DNA of 60,378 nt, counting the filler, from Sphacelaria rigidula (taxonomy: Eukaryota): assembly GCA_964200075.2 (NCBI GenBank). It is 9 parts of 9 records of this genome, joined end to end, with 100 filler letters (N's around TTAATTAATTAA, not from the genome) between each part and the next. Parts side by side here need not be neighbours in the genome. Positions count along the whole stretch, not along the records: positions 33,601 to 40,220 come from CAXNAA020019016.1; positions 40,321 to 46,940 come from CAXNAA020019017.1; positions 47,041 to 53,659 come from CAXNAA020019018.1; 6 more parts are not named here. One strand, 5' to 3'. Below are positions 37,901 through 50,089 of the stretch, one piece after another. Under the pieces are notes generated by a model that had not been told where the DNA came from, did not search any database, and worked only from the letters and a program-made list of their open reading frames with translations. Each line of letters begins with the position of its first letter. Within the stretch, counting starts at the first letter, position 1. The position numbers and the translations under genes were made by a program.

Positions 37901-39120
37901 CGACTAACTGTAAGCGAAGGGAATGTGGCCGTTACTGATATGTAAAAGGAGGGTCGAGGGTTTCGAAGATTGCACATCGTAAACGAGGTTGCGCGGTGGT
38001 GTACCGCGATTCACCTCGGTTGGCAATTAATTGCTGTGTGCAAATAACATCTCGATGTAGCCGTCTCTGGAATCCTTTGTCCGGGCCAAAACATTTGCAG
38101 GGTGCCGTGGCATCATGCAGATGACCCAACAAAAACAAATTCGCCATGCACTAAAACCAACTGTACACGACACTCTTTCGCGTGTGCTACGGAGTAGATG
38201 GAAAGGAAACGATAGCAACTTGCACAGGGGCGACCAAAGCAGAACACACAGTATAACAAGGCAGGCACAGCGGTGCACGCGAATAATACAACTTTCACTT
38301 GTGCAGGCGGTCGTCAAGGGCGCACACGTGTACACGAAAAAGCAGCAGGACAAGAATATACATATATATATATATATATGTACGCCCAAGGCGGCACACA
38401 CCATGGGGGGGGAAATTCTGTAAATTACCCAAGCCTTAACCTCTGTGGAACTTCAGCTAGAAAACTCCTGGGAGGAAACCGACTCAACCCGTGTCCCTGA
38501 AGTTCACAAGAACAGTAGCTCACGCTGAGCAATTAAGTGAGCTGCAAATCACCACATGTACGAAACTGAGACGCAGCCAGCCCGAACGTATATAGACAAA
38601 TGGATATTCAAATACTATATACAATACGAACAAGCAAGCCTCACCCCCAAGCAAGGCTCACAAGCAAGGACTCAAGTGGTCCGTGCAGGCAAGAAGCAGT
38701 CCATTTGTTGACAAAGTCCGACCAGGAAACGAGTGAGGGTAAGGGCGCCTCAACTTGCAAGAAGGACGTGAGCCTCGAACGCATCGGCATCTTACAACAA
38801 AACCAAGAAAGAGCCAAAAACAAAAGGCGCGATATAATAGAAATCGTTGCAAAAACCGACTCTGAGATCCAACCATCTGCCGGGCACTAGGTATGTACCG
38901 CGTGAACCGTGCCATCACCTATAGACTATACACAACTCCGAAACCTTGACTGCCCAACGCGCACATGAAACGCATGTACGGCAAGCAGGCCGAGTCAACC
39001 AAGAGCCGTATCAAACTCCGTGCTATCCTCTGTCGGACATGCACAACGTATAACCTTTACTATCCAACTCTTACATGAAGCTCGTACTCTGAAAAAACTG
39101 CATCGGCCAAGAGCCATAAA

Positions 39121-39532
39121 CACGAGATTTTACAAATTGGGGATGGATTTTTTATTGAGGACGAGAAACCCGGAGAATGAAAATCTCCGCATCCACACCA
39201 AATCTTCGGAATATGATTCCATTGCTTCACTTGCTGGTAGCTATTGACAACTACTACACGCAAGGAAGATTTGGATTTCGATAACCCAAATGTGATAGTC
39301 TTCGGTGAAAAACCAATTTCGGGGAATTTCGGGGATCTGATCGCATCATCGAAATTCCCCAACATGTCGCTTGTCAGGATCCGAATTCGTATGGCGTGTA
39401 GTAGTTGTCAATAGCTACCAGTAGGTGAAGGAATTGAACTCTATTTCCATGATTTGGTGTAAATACGAATATTTTAATTCTCCAGGTTCTCATTCTCAAT
39501 GAAAAATCGATCCCCAATTTGTAAAATCCCTG
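39121..39532. mobile_element. Palindromic MITE (family M3, TIR ~CAGGGATTTTACAAATTGGGGATGGATTTTT)
   Basis: ~150-bp inverted arms, e.g. GGTAGCTATTGACAACTACTACACGC / GCGTGTAGTAGTTGTCAATAGCTACC. Confidence 0.8.
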
Positions 39533-40952
39533 TTCATATCCCAAACCGAACCTTACTATCAAGTCTCGCACGAAGCTTGTACTCTGTAGGCTGAATTAGC
39601 AAAGAGCCAGGGGCCATATCCGAATCTGTACGATCACCTGTCGAGTATGCAGAACTCAGGACCTTCACCACCCAACTCTCACATGAAAATCATGCACTGT
39701 AAGCAGACAAAGCCACGAGTAATATCCAAAATCCGATACTGTCCAAGCATACTTGAGTTCAACTCATCCAGACTACTGCCTCCAAATGCCATAACACAAC
39801 ATATTGCCTCGGAAATTGTGATGCCTAATGATACCCCCTATCCGTTAGTGAGGGAATGCATCCCCCGAGGCTGGAGGCTCAGTACGACCAACACATTGAT
39901 TGAGAAGTACAATAAATACCATTATTATCAAGTCACCGTCTGAGACCACAGACAGACTTGCTCGACATTGCTCATCCGGTATCACTGAGACTCTGGCTCA
40001 CCTATTTTAACCAAGGTCCTCGTGGCGTAGCAGTGCATATGTGTAGGTATTCAAAGTATGTACGTGAGTGTATGATGCCCAGCGTGAAAAGTGGAATCAC
40101 TTCGCGTCGCGCGGCCATCATTATACTGATGGCACCGCGTATTTCACACTTTGGGGGCGCCTGTGCCTCCCTGGGTCGCTCTTCTTATCTTTTTTTTTTT
40201 TTTCTCTTGCCCATTCGTTTNNNNNNNNNNNNNNNNNNNNNNNNNNNNNNNNNNNNNNNNNNNNTTAATTAATTAANNNNNNNNNNNNNNNNNNNNNNNN
40301 NNNNNNNNNNNNNNNNNNNNACCATTGACCACGCATCCCTTTCGAGACGGAGCAGACGGAGCTGGGGGGGGAGGAATAGGTCGCGTGGTTCATCTCATGT
40401 GTTCACGTTTCCGTCCCCTTCATTTTTTTCCTTTACTTCCATTTTTCTACAAGCAGGGCATGAATCCTCTGTAGATGAAAAACGAAATTAAAAAGCATCA
40501 AGTTTTATTGTTCTGTTTACCAATATGTACGGACTCTCATCACTGTTCACTTTGTCTGATCGTGTGATGTCTTGTGATTGGTTCATCAACTTATTATTAT
40601 TATATTTTGCTTTACTCATGCTATTTACTCGGTCACTTTTCTTGTTTACTTGTTTGTGTAATTGTTTACTTTTTACTTGGGTACGTGTTTGTTTACTCAG
40701 TTACTCATTCACTCACCTATACTTATTTAGATTACTACAATATATATAAAATCGAAATATACGAAGTACCAAATAGTTCGATAATCCATTAATTAACGAT
40801 TTTTGAGGGTGGATGGTTGGACGGTTGGACGGTTGGGTGAGATTGAATTTTATTTTTTGGACAAGGGAAAGACAATATAGCCATTTTACTCGTTTACTTG
40901 TTTGTTTATTGTCACCCTACCCCCGGTGTGCCTGCAACTACTGCTGCTGCAG

Positions 40953-41054
40953 ATTGATGGCGGAGTCATCGGCAAGAACCATGGATTGCTCGTGGAGCGT
41001 TGTAGATTTCTCGAGTCGGCCGGCTGCGCCTCGGTATGCATGAATACCTGCAAG
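40953..41054 (+). CDS. D27: DWARF27-like beta-carotene isomerase (DUF4033), exon A
   Basis: CAG|ATT...AAG|GTACGT. Encodes IDGGVIGKNHGLLVERCRFLESAGCASVCMNTCK, the Cys-rich C-R-(F/Y)-L-E-x-x-G-C-x-x-x-C-x-N-x-C-K signature of D27. Confidence 0.9.
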
Positions 41055-41644
41055 GTACGTACGAAACTCAGATTACAAAAACACACTCGAGTTTCGATTT
41101 TCTCAATTTTCTGTTTTCCCCTCAGCCGTCTGCTCTGCTACTCGCTCGCCTTCGAACAATCAGGTACACAGGCGGAGGTTTTGTCGAATGGGGCCCCGAT
41201 AATATGCGGTGGTACCCCCACCGCAGTCCGGTCGAAATCGCTTCTTGTCTCACGTCTCACCCACGATACTAATTTCAAGTAAAAAATGCACTACGCTATA
41301 GTAGCACTAGTGCTAAATCCCGCCATAGCGCGGTGGTCATTAACGGCACTAATACTTTTACCCCTACCATACTGCGTTGTCTGAGATCTATATATTCTTC
41401 GGAGGTCGAGATTTCTAGTCTCGGTGGAGGCTACGTCTCAGACGAATAAAATAATTATTCTACTCATGTTCAACATTTGGACGAATCAAACATACGGATC
41501 ATTCACAAGTTGTAATGTGTACACGATTTGGGTCCGTGATTCGTGCACTACTTGAAGAGTACACATTCCCAGTTCGTGATCCGTGCGGTACACCGTCGAA
41601 GGTACGCGTTTCCTACCGTCGATTCGTATGGTGTGAGTCATCAA

Positions 41645-42000
41645 GTACATGTTTCCCAATTTCCGTTCATTCAGCATGAATCATAGACACACGTTCCCCA
41701 CCTTCAATTCATACCAGGGTAGAACCAAGCGTACATGGTTCTCAGTTTTCGTTCATGCACCATGAATCATATGTACGTGTTTCTTACCTTCCGTTCATAC
41801 GAGGGTGAATCAAGCGTATATTTCTCAACTACCACTCATGCGGCATGATTCATACGTACATGTTCCCTACCTTCCATTCACAGGAGATGGATCAAGTGTG
41901 CATATTCCCCACTTTTCATTTGTGCAGCGTGAATCATGGGTACATGTTCCCCACATTTGGTTTATATTATGTAAGTCATGAGAACATGTTGTTTCCCACC
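41645..42000. repeat. ~42-bp satellite block 1 (alternating A/B units)
   Basis: Units start GTACATGTTCCC... and alternate TTCATACGAGGTGAATCAAGC and TTCATGCAGCATGAATCAT. Confidence 0.85.
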
Positions 42001-42711
42001 CATCATTTCATGGGGCGCGACTTTCCGGTGGTACGACCTTTTTGCAGGTGGAGTAGGCAAACAAGAGCGTACAGGCCACGAACCACTTCAAGAGCCAAAT
42101 CCGCAACAGACCCAAATTCAAATTTTGTGCTCATACGTAAAACATAAACCAAAATAGTACAGCACACGCGTCTGCGTGCCCAGAGCGGTTATTTTCCCCC
42201 GCGAGCTATGCCTTGACAGCCTTTATGGTGTCATGTTATGTTCTGTGGTACAGTTGGCCTGAACACACTGTATACAATACCACGAACACTTGCGAAGAAC
42301 ACAGGACCAGCTCGAGTCGTCCTCGCGTGCTCACGGGAGTTTGAGAGAAAACTCCGGCGGCGAACACTGCAGCCCGCGGACAGTACGGTATAGCTTGGGA
42401 CAGCACACATCTACGCGCCTAGATTGATTCTTCCAGCTGTTTATTTTCCGAAGCTGAACTATTGATAGCCTCTCTGCTTTCCATGTTTTGCGGCACAGTT
42501 GGCCTGAATATATAAAACAGTACAAATGCAGCTTAAGACAGCACCGGTACTGCAAGAGTCGTGCGTGAGTCTTCGCGTGAGTTTTCGGAAATACTCCCGC
42601 AGCGCCCGCTGCAGTCAGCGGACAGTACAGTACAGCAGAGCACAGCATCGTACTGTACAATCTGTACAGCGGGCAACAGACAACAGCAGTGCGAAATCTC
42701 CTATTTATAAG

Positions 42712-43145
42712 GCATGAATCATAAGCACATATTGTATTTCTCTCCTTTTATTTACATGTTTTCCACCTTGCGTTTGTGAGCATGAATCATGGATACATGT
42801 TTCCTATCTTCCGTTCAAACGAGGTGGATCAAGCGTACATGTGTCTCCCCCTCTCATCCATGCAGCATGAATCATACGCACACGCTCCTCACCTTCCTTT
42901 CATACGAGGTAAATCACAGGTACAATACAAGTTTCACATTCTCCGCTCATGCAGGGTCGATCATTCGTACATGTTCTCTGCCTTCCATCCATACAAGGTG
43001 AACCAAGCGTACATGTTCCCGAACTTCAGTTCATGCAGCATGAATCGTACGAACATGCTCCCCACCTTCGATTCATACGAGATGAATCAAGTGTACATGT
43101 TTCACACCCATGATTCATATAGGAATTGTGATTCGTACATACATT
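42712..43145. repeat. ~42-bp satellite block 2
   Basis: Same units as block 1, in the same orientation. Confidence 0.85.
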
Positions 43146-43330
43146 GCACTCCTGATTCTTCGTCTGATACTACTCGGAGTGTACGCATTCCCAGTTCGTG
43201 ATTCGTGCGGTATGGCCCTGAACATACAACTTCACCATACCGGACGACTCTTTGGTACATGATTTGCATTCAACATTTCATGGGGGATCAACCCGTATGA
43301 ACTCTGTCTTATCCAAACCGTGAAATGACA

Positions 43331-43876
43331 TGATCTGGGATTTTTCTCACATCATGCCCAACAGTTGAGAGCGGCTTTGTCGTGGGTACACGAAGTCCGA
43401 CTTGACGGTCGACGAGGGAAAGGAACCGTTGACCCTTCTCGTAATCAAAATCAAGGCGAGCACCGCAGAAGGAAGGTAGAGTTGGGGAGGAAACGATAAG
43501 TGAGCCATTCTACGATAGGGGTTTCACTTTTTGTTTCTGAGTCTTTTTTTTTCCGGTATGATCCCAAATACATGGGGCTTACTCTGCAACCCGACTCTCC
43601 GGGGACCGGACATGGAGATGCACGCAGGGGCCTTTCAGTGAATCGGCATCGTTTTCAGTCTTTTTCAAGTAAAAATGATGCCGATTCTGAAAATGATCCG
43701 TCCAACACCCCGAGAAATATTTTCGCTCAATACGTGCGACCCTTATCGTAGCATCACTCGAGTGTGACCTTCCTCCTGTGTGACCCCGGCTGATGCGCCA
43801 AAATATATTTATCGAAAAATGTAGGCTGGCGTCAGGAATAGATGAGACAACAGCACGCACACCCACATGCACACAC
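43331..43876 (+). mobile_element. SINE-A 5'-truncated copy, interrupted by a MITE at 43502-43759
   Basis: SINE body at 43331-43500 resumes at GACCTTCCTCCTGTGTGACCCCGG (~43766) and runs to a CA-rich tail. Confidence 0.75.
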
Positions 43877-44116
43877 TAAACGAATTCACGGATGCACGGT
43901 GAAGAAGTAACGAGGTAAGGTTCTTTCCGTGGGAGACACGGTGTGGAGCTTTCAACCTGTATGATTTCGGGTGGTCAAGACTGACCGAGAACGAGGGTGA
44001 GGCAACGAGCCCAGTAACGACAGACCTGACCGCTTCAGGTCAGCTGAAACTGACATAACAGTAACACTCCATAGGTATGTACCATGACACATATCATCCG
44101 GATATACAATAGCAAG

Positions 44117-44470
44117 CCGGTCGCCCTGGTGGCTCAGTTGGTAACCTCGAAACCTCCTGACGGTTGGGTCGTGGGTTCAAATCTCGGAGCAATGTGGGAT
44201 TTTTTCTCACACCATGCCCAACAGTGTAGAGCGGCTATGCCGTGGGTACACAAAATCAGACGTAAAGGTCGGCGAGGGAAAGGGACTGCTGAACCCCTCT
44301 CGCGATGAAAATAGAGACAAACCCCGCAGAAGGAAGGTGGAGGTCTAAAAACAAACAAAAAGAGAAACTCCTGCGTTGACCTTCCTCCTATGTGACCCCG
44401 GCTAGTGCGCCCATATATGCCGAAAGGTGTAGACTGGCGTCCAGAATAGATGGGACGACAAAACACACAC
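44117..44470 (+). mobile_element. SINE-A full-length copy with (AC)n-like tail
   Basis: Same head (TGGCTCAGTTGG; GGTTCAAATC) and body. Ends CCAGAATAGATGGGACGACAAAACACACAC. Confidence 0.85.
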
Positions 44471-45182
44471 AATGGCGGTACGGTTTTTCAATGTGAAGAC
44501 AACAACGATGACGGTCAAGTGCGTGGAGAATGTTACCGGAACGAACGGCATAAAAAAACAGAGATTGAAAAACAAAGAAGGGGGCAGAGGAAGAATGTCC
44601 GCAGGAGCACCGCATGCAAAAAAACGTCCCCCTCCATGCGTTTGCCCGGTTTCTTTCCTTTATTCGTTGTGCTGCTCCAGACCTACGTGGCAACCATGTG
44701 GATACGTCACCGGATGCGGCACAGAGTATATACCATGCCCGTACGCTATACCACCCCTATGATAACATATCATGCTGATGGATTTTTAGCTCTTTTGACG
44801 TCACGGTGATATTTGCGGTACTGTACGTATCGGGGTGCGTTGTATACCACCCCCTTGATATCGCCACCTGGGTAATAACTGGTCGATCATCCGTACGCTA
44901 GATATTACCCTCTGAATATTCCCCCCTACTGTACGAAAAATGAAGTTTAGAACATTCATACGCTAGATAACACCCCGTCGAGGACAAGGAATGAATTTTC
45001 GGGCTTCGAACATTCTACGCCGTGGATAATGGACCGTCAGCAGTTGCAGTAGGAAAAAGTGTACGGCGTGAAGGGTCGTCCTTTTCACATTGCACGGTAT
45101 ACAACACTCCTGGTTGGTCGATAAATGTTGCACTCCCCGGACAATATACCATCAATAGCTGCAGTAGCGAAGGAGTGTATTA

Positions 45183-45695
45183 ACACAGGGTATTACCAAT
45201 CGAGGATGGATTTTTTGTAAGGATGGATCTTGAAAGCCTTCATGAGCATTGAAATATTTTTCGAAAAAAATGTGAGTGCCCTCCCCGGCCGTGATGTGTG
45301 CCCTCGCTCATCCTGGAAAAAAAATCCATCCGCAATCGATAAAACCCCGTGCTACCAGGTGGTTCTGACAAATGAAAATGAACATATTTTTGTACGGAAA
45401 AAAACGGATGCCGGGATTGTTTGGAAGTCACACGGCATTTTACCAATTGCGGATGCATCTTTTTTCCTGGATGAGCGAGGGCATACATCACGGCCCGAGA
45501 GTGCATCCGCATTTTTTTCGAAATAAATTTGGGTGCTTGTGAGAGGTATCTTAAACTCGAGGTTCCTGGTATGTTTTACAGTAATTTACAGTCAAAGATA
45601 CCGGAAGCCTAATGTATGAGATACCTCAGTGAAGATTCCCATCCCCAAGACACACCCTTGAAAAAAATCCATCCACAATTGGACACATCCTGTGT
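45183..45695. mobile_element. M3-related composite MITE; homolog at ~1047-1460
   Basis: Four TIR-like motifs in alternating orientation. The inner arms (~45255-45350 and ~45430-45530) are reverse complements. The same layout occurs in contig 1. Confidence 0.7.
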
Positions 45696-46064
45696 TTATA
45701 CATTTCCCCCTAGTGCAGCTATTGATGTTAGATTGTCCAGGATGTGCAAGATTTCTGGACCGACCGGTGCTGTTGCATGCCGTACAGTGTCAAACACGGC
45801 TGGCAAGCTCATGTAGAGGCATAGCGATTATATGAACTCTCAGCCGCCCATGCCTGTGGAGTACGGCGTATTCTTCTTTCCCCCCTGTTTTTACCATCTC
45901 CCCGGTCTTTTTTTTATTTTTCCTCGCCTTGTTTTTTTTGTTTCCATTTTCTTTTTCCTTTCCTTTTTTTCGTAGGTATTTCATCTCATTTTTTTTTTTT
46001 CCGCGGGGCGGGTCGGGGACGGGACGGGGTGGGCGATTGTCGACCGCTTTCCTCGTACTCGCAG

Positions 46065-46145
46065 GTGCCTACCGAAGAGTTTTTCATGAAGGACATGGGA
46101 CTTCCTCTGGAGATGACGCCCAATTATGAGGATTTCAGTTGTCAG
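46065..46145 (+). CDS. D27: DWARF27-like beta-carotene isomerase, exon B
   Basis: GCAG|GTG...CAG|GTATAC. Encodes VPTEEFFMKDMGLPLEMTPNYEDFSCQ, the direct continuation of the D27 motif (P-T-x-x-F-F...G-L-P-L-x-M-x-P-N-x-E-D-x-S-C). The intervening intron 41055-46064 is 5010 bp. Confidence 0.9.
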
Positions 46146-46159
46146 GTATACTTGTATAC

Positions 46160-46385
46160 ACGCGTGTTTACTGCGTATCGTGTGTTGCCATCCCATCTAT
46201 TCTGGACGCCAGTCTTCACCGTTCGGTATGTGTGGGCGCATCAGCCGGCATCACACAGGGGGTATGCCAACGCCGGATTTTCGAAAAAAAATGTTTCATT
46301 ACTCCACCTTCCTCCTGCGGTGCTTGACTTTTTTGTTTTTATTGCGAAAGGGGTTCAGCGGTCTCTCTCCTCCGTCGACCGTGAA
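46160..46385 (-). mobile_element. SINE-A partial copy (antisense), just downstream of D27 exon B
   Basis: CCCATCTATTCTGGACGCCAGTC...TCCGTCGACC is the reverse complement of the SINE-A body and 3' end. Confidence 0.75.
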
Positions 46386-47444
46386 GTTTTTCTTTTTTTG
46401 ACTCCCTGCTAGGTATTGCACACTTGGTACGAAGACAGGATCAAATTGCTGCAAGATATGGTCGATGGATATTTCGTGTTTTTTTCATTCACACATACTA
46501 TAGGTTACACAGGAACAACACACACGCGCCCGCCCGCGCGCACGCCTAAATATGTCCATCACTGTACAAGAGAAAAGGCATGGCGAACACGTACGGTACC
46601 GTAGTGTATTTACAGTCCAGCACTTATTCCTGACAAACCAAACGGAGTCGAGCAGCCAGAACAGAAATGACACAATCCCCCAGAACTGTTTAAAGCTTCT
46701 TCTGCCATTCTCCACCCTCGATGCTCATTCAGGATGGGCGATATTTTATGGATTCAAATGTAGGGTAGGGAAACTTGGGGGATTCGCGATTTATGTGGAA
46801 CGGCGGGTAGGAGGCTTCGATCGCCTCGGGATTTTTCTCCATGCCCCCCCCCCCCCCCCCCCCCCGCCGCCCCTTTTCAAATGCGGGGCGGGTCACCGAA
46901 AAACAACAAAAAAACACAACAAAACAGAAACGCCACCACCNNNNNNNNNNNNNNNNNNNNNNNNNNNNNNNNNNNNNNNNNNNNTTAATTAATTAANNNN
47001 NNNNNNNNNNNNNNNNNNNNNNNNNNNNNNNNNNNNNNNNGGCTTATACACTGCCTCATGGGTGTCTCACCATTTAAACACTACGTAGTGCGATCATCCC
47101 CATTGTGCGGAGAAGGGGAGGGGCGTACTCATTTGTTTCTTGCCTTAGTCGTTTGACCATTGACCACGCACCCCTTTCGAGACGGAGCAGGGGGGAGTAC
47201 ATTCGCTGGTACTGTCACTGTCGTTCACTGTACCACTGGTGCTGTTCACATACGCGGAGATCGTCATATGTTTGCGCATGGTTTTCGGCGGCACATGTAT
47301 TGTAGTTTGAACTTTGGTCATTATCCAACGTTCAGTAGCATTTCATGAGTTATCTTTACCTTGGTCCAAATGACAGCCTTTTGCGTTTTATCCAACTCCT
47401 CCGTCACGGTGCCTGTTATTCTTCACTGGTGTGACGTTTTCCAG

Positions 47445-47569
47445 GGGGGGTTCGACGGGCGCAGTGATGCCGGTCGATCCGGGGAAATGGATCATGACTC
47501 TTCAAAGGTGGCTGTGGTTTCACGAGAGTACGAAGCGCTGGTCGCCAGGCAGCTGCAGGAGCAGCAAAG
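47445..47569 (+). CDS. BRAP: BRAP2/IMP (ETP1)-like protein, exon
   Basis: CCAG|GGG...AAG|GTAAAA. Encodes GGFDG...SKVAVVSREYEALVARQLQEQQ(R), similar to BRAP2 'EY..LL..QLE.QR.Y'. Confidence 0.75.
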
Positions 47570-48213
47570 GTAAAAATACGCCTAGTGATGGAGCAGAGAT
47601 GCATCCGTGTGTTGTATGCATACGGCAAAGTGAAGCAATGCTACGTGCACTTTTCAAGTCTGGGGATCAGATTAAGGTCATGACTGCTGGTAAAAAACTG
47701 CCAATATCCGCTTCGTTACATGATAATCATGCATTTTTTTTTGTGTTGGCATAGCGTGTCTGCACTTCATTGTAACACGGGAAGGCACTTACCACAAAAA
47801 AAGGCAAGCGATCCGTGCGGTATTACGAGCTGGCCCCTGGATGTCATTCATTGGCCAGTGAACACCTCAGTGTTCTCACACGCCTCCGTAGACAATGTCC
47901 TGGTCTGCCCCAAAACCGAGGTTAATATGTTCAAGGGTCGGACAAGTAATGATTCGTCTGGAAATTACTTGTTTTTAGTATAATTGATTTATATCGTACG
48001 AATCAATCCCTAGGCTTTGTTTTCAGCTTGCAATCCAGGTACACGCAGCCCAGACATGTGGAATGGCGCAAAAGTTGCGTGGATACCCCTTGGACCAGCG
48101 GTCAACTTTGTTCTCCCTTTTGGGCAATCAGGCCGAAGAAATCGTGGATTTGGTGGTTGGTAGTCGCAATGATTCGTTCTAAGCGTGAATATGTTGGTGT
48201 GCTTGGCACGCAG

Positions 48214-48385
48214 GTATTTTGAGGGGCTGATAGCGAAGGCCGTGTCGGCCAATGCGGAGGCGAACGCGCCGGCGGAGGAGATCCTGAGCGAGGAGGAGAG
48301 ACGGGAGGTCGAGGCATTACGGCGGGACGTGGGAGCATACTCTTCACGGTACAATGAGATGCTTGACGGCCTGAGAGCCGCGGAG
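48214..48385 (+). CDS. BRAP: BRAP2-like protein, coiled-coil exon
   Basis: GCAG|G TAT completes the split Arg codon. Encodes YFEGLIAKAV...EMLDGLRAAE. Donor GTGGGT at 48386. Confidence 0.75.
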
Positions 48386-49490
48386 GTGGGTATCCCATGT
48401 TGTTGATGAGCTTCCTGGTTGCTTTGCTTGAGAAATGTGCGTGGCGTTTTTTTAACTGCAAGCCCTGACGAAGCAGTATGACTGTGACGAGGCCTGATCA
48501 GGACATGTTCCAATTATTATGATTATTTTTCCGTCGTGACGTAGTCGCCTGTATTGAGTCGCCAGATGGAGGAAACTGAGCACCTCATTACCAGAGGAAC
48601 GCTGTTGCTTCGCACGTGGTGGTCCGAAGCCATAAGATGCTTGGAACAGCCTCAGCCCCAAATTGGATATTTCCGTTGCCTGGTGCTCGCTTGTCCGAGA
48701 CTGAGGCCTTTTCGGGGGAAGCATCCAGAATTTCGTGTTGCAGTAACTCCAGCGAAATACGTCACACCCTGAACAGTAGAGTACATTGTCAAAAAGTGTG
48801 CTGCGTGTATCGACAATTGCGTCTACTGCAATAGGCAATAGATTCCATACTGTACGCAGTACACTTTTTGATAATGTTAGTGTAATATATTGCCATTATC
48901 CAGTTTGTGAAATACGTGCGGGAGCGCCAGTTGTCGGCCCTGCATTACGCGGAGAGGACATGCAAATGTGGAAATTACTGTCATACTGGCTTGATCGAGG
49001 TGTGCTTTACCCCTTTGGAAACCCTTGATGGAAAAGTGACGACATAAGATTGACATTATCTTGGGCAAGACATGGTTGCTTTTCTGCAACTATTGATGAT
49101 GCAGCCTACCAAAAAGGTGCACCACTCTAAGTTCAAGTATACTAATGTGACAGATTCGTGCACCGAACTCGAAGTGACGTTTCCCGGTGACAAAAGCTCG
49201 CACATGAGAGTTTGTACTGTTTTCCGCGAGTTCCAAAAAGGTCAAGGTCCACCTGCATATCCCCGGACACTTCATACCTGCTCACGGCTTGATTTTCCCG
49301 GACACTTGATATTTGCACACGGCTTGATTTTCCTCATCTTATTTTTCGCTCCTGTGTTTCCCATGCATTTTTCGTGGTCACGTATTTTTTAGCAGGATAA
49401 CTATCATTATCCACCCTGATTTTTTTTTTTTTCCCTTTGTATATTCATCTTATTTTTCTGGCGCGGGATCTGTTCTGTACTTTTCGGCAG

Positions 49491-49673
49491 GAGTCGGCGC
49501 GCAGAGTGAGAGCGGAAAATCGAGGCTTGCTGACTCAACAGCAGGCTCAAAAGCAAGCGGTCACTCGCTTGAAGAACGAGACTCTGGAAACGAAGCGGCA
49601 ATGTCAAGCGCAGATGGCAGAGCTTGAGGGGCAGATGCAAGACTTAATGTTTTTCCTCAAGGCTCAGCAAGAG
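49491..49673 (+). CDS. BRAP: BRAP2-like protein, coiled-coil exon
   Basis: GGCAG|GAG...GAG|GTTTGG. Encodes ESARRVRAEN...MAELEGQMQDLMFFLKAQQE, matching the BRAP2 C-terminal 'EQ..D.MF.L..QQ' motif. Confidence 0.8.
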
Positions 49674-50089
49674 GTTTGGTTCACTCCTCGGGGGGGGAAG
49701 GCGGACTTTTTGCTGAAAAAACAAACCGCGTACGACTTGTACCTCTCCCTAGCGCTAGATTTTCACGTGGAAGTATTAACTTCGTTTATTCACGTGGCTG
49801 TCCAGGTTTGAGCGAATTTTGGGTGAGGGAAAGTAGGAAAAAAGCGATGTCGAGTTGGAAAAAAAACGGTTTGGAGTAATTCGAGATAATCACCGCATGA
49901 CTTGTGGACCGACTCCATGTCAGCGACGGCGGGATTTTATTGTGTTCATCTTTTCACTTTGTCGAGTTTCCTTCGGCTAGTGTATCCGTTTCACGTGCCC
50001 TCGGTACGTCCGTTGCACTAGGCTGGAGTTTTGTAGCGGGTGATTCAAAGTGCGATAATCAATCAATCAACTAGAAATTACACCCTTAA

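Noticed and set aside
41645..43201. CRISPR array or repeat-protein gene (ORFs 41845-42147 and 42776-43201)
   Set aside because: These are contiguous tandem units without unique spacers. Unit indels shift the frame, and the region is inside the D27 intron.
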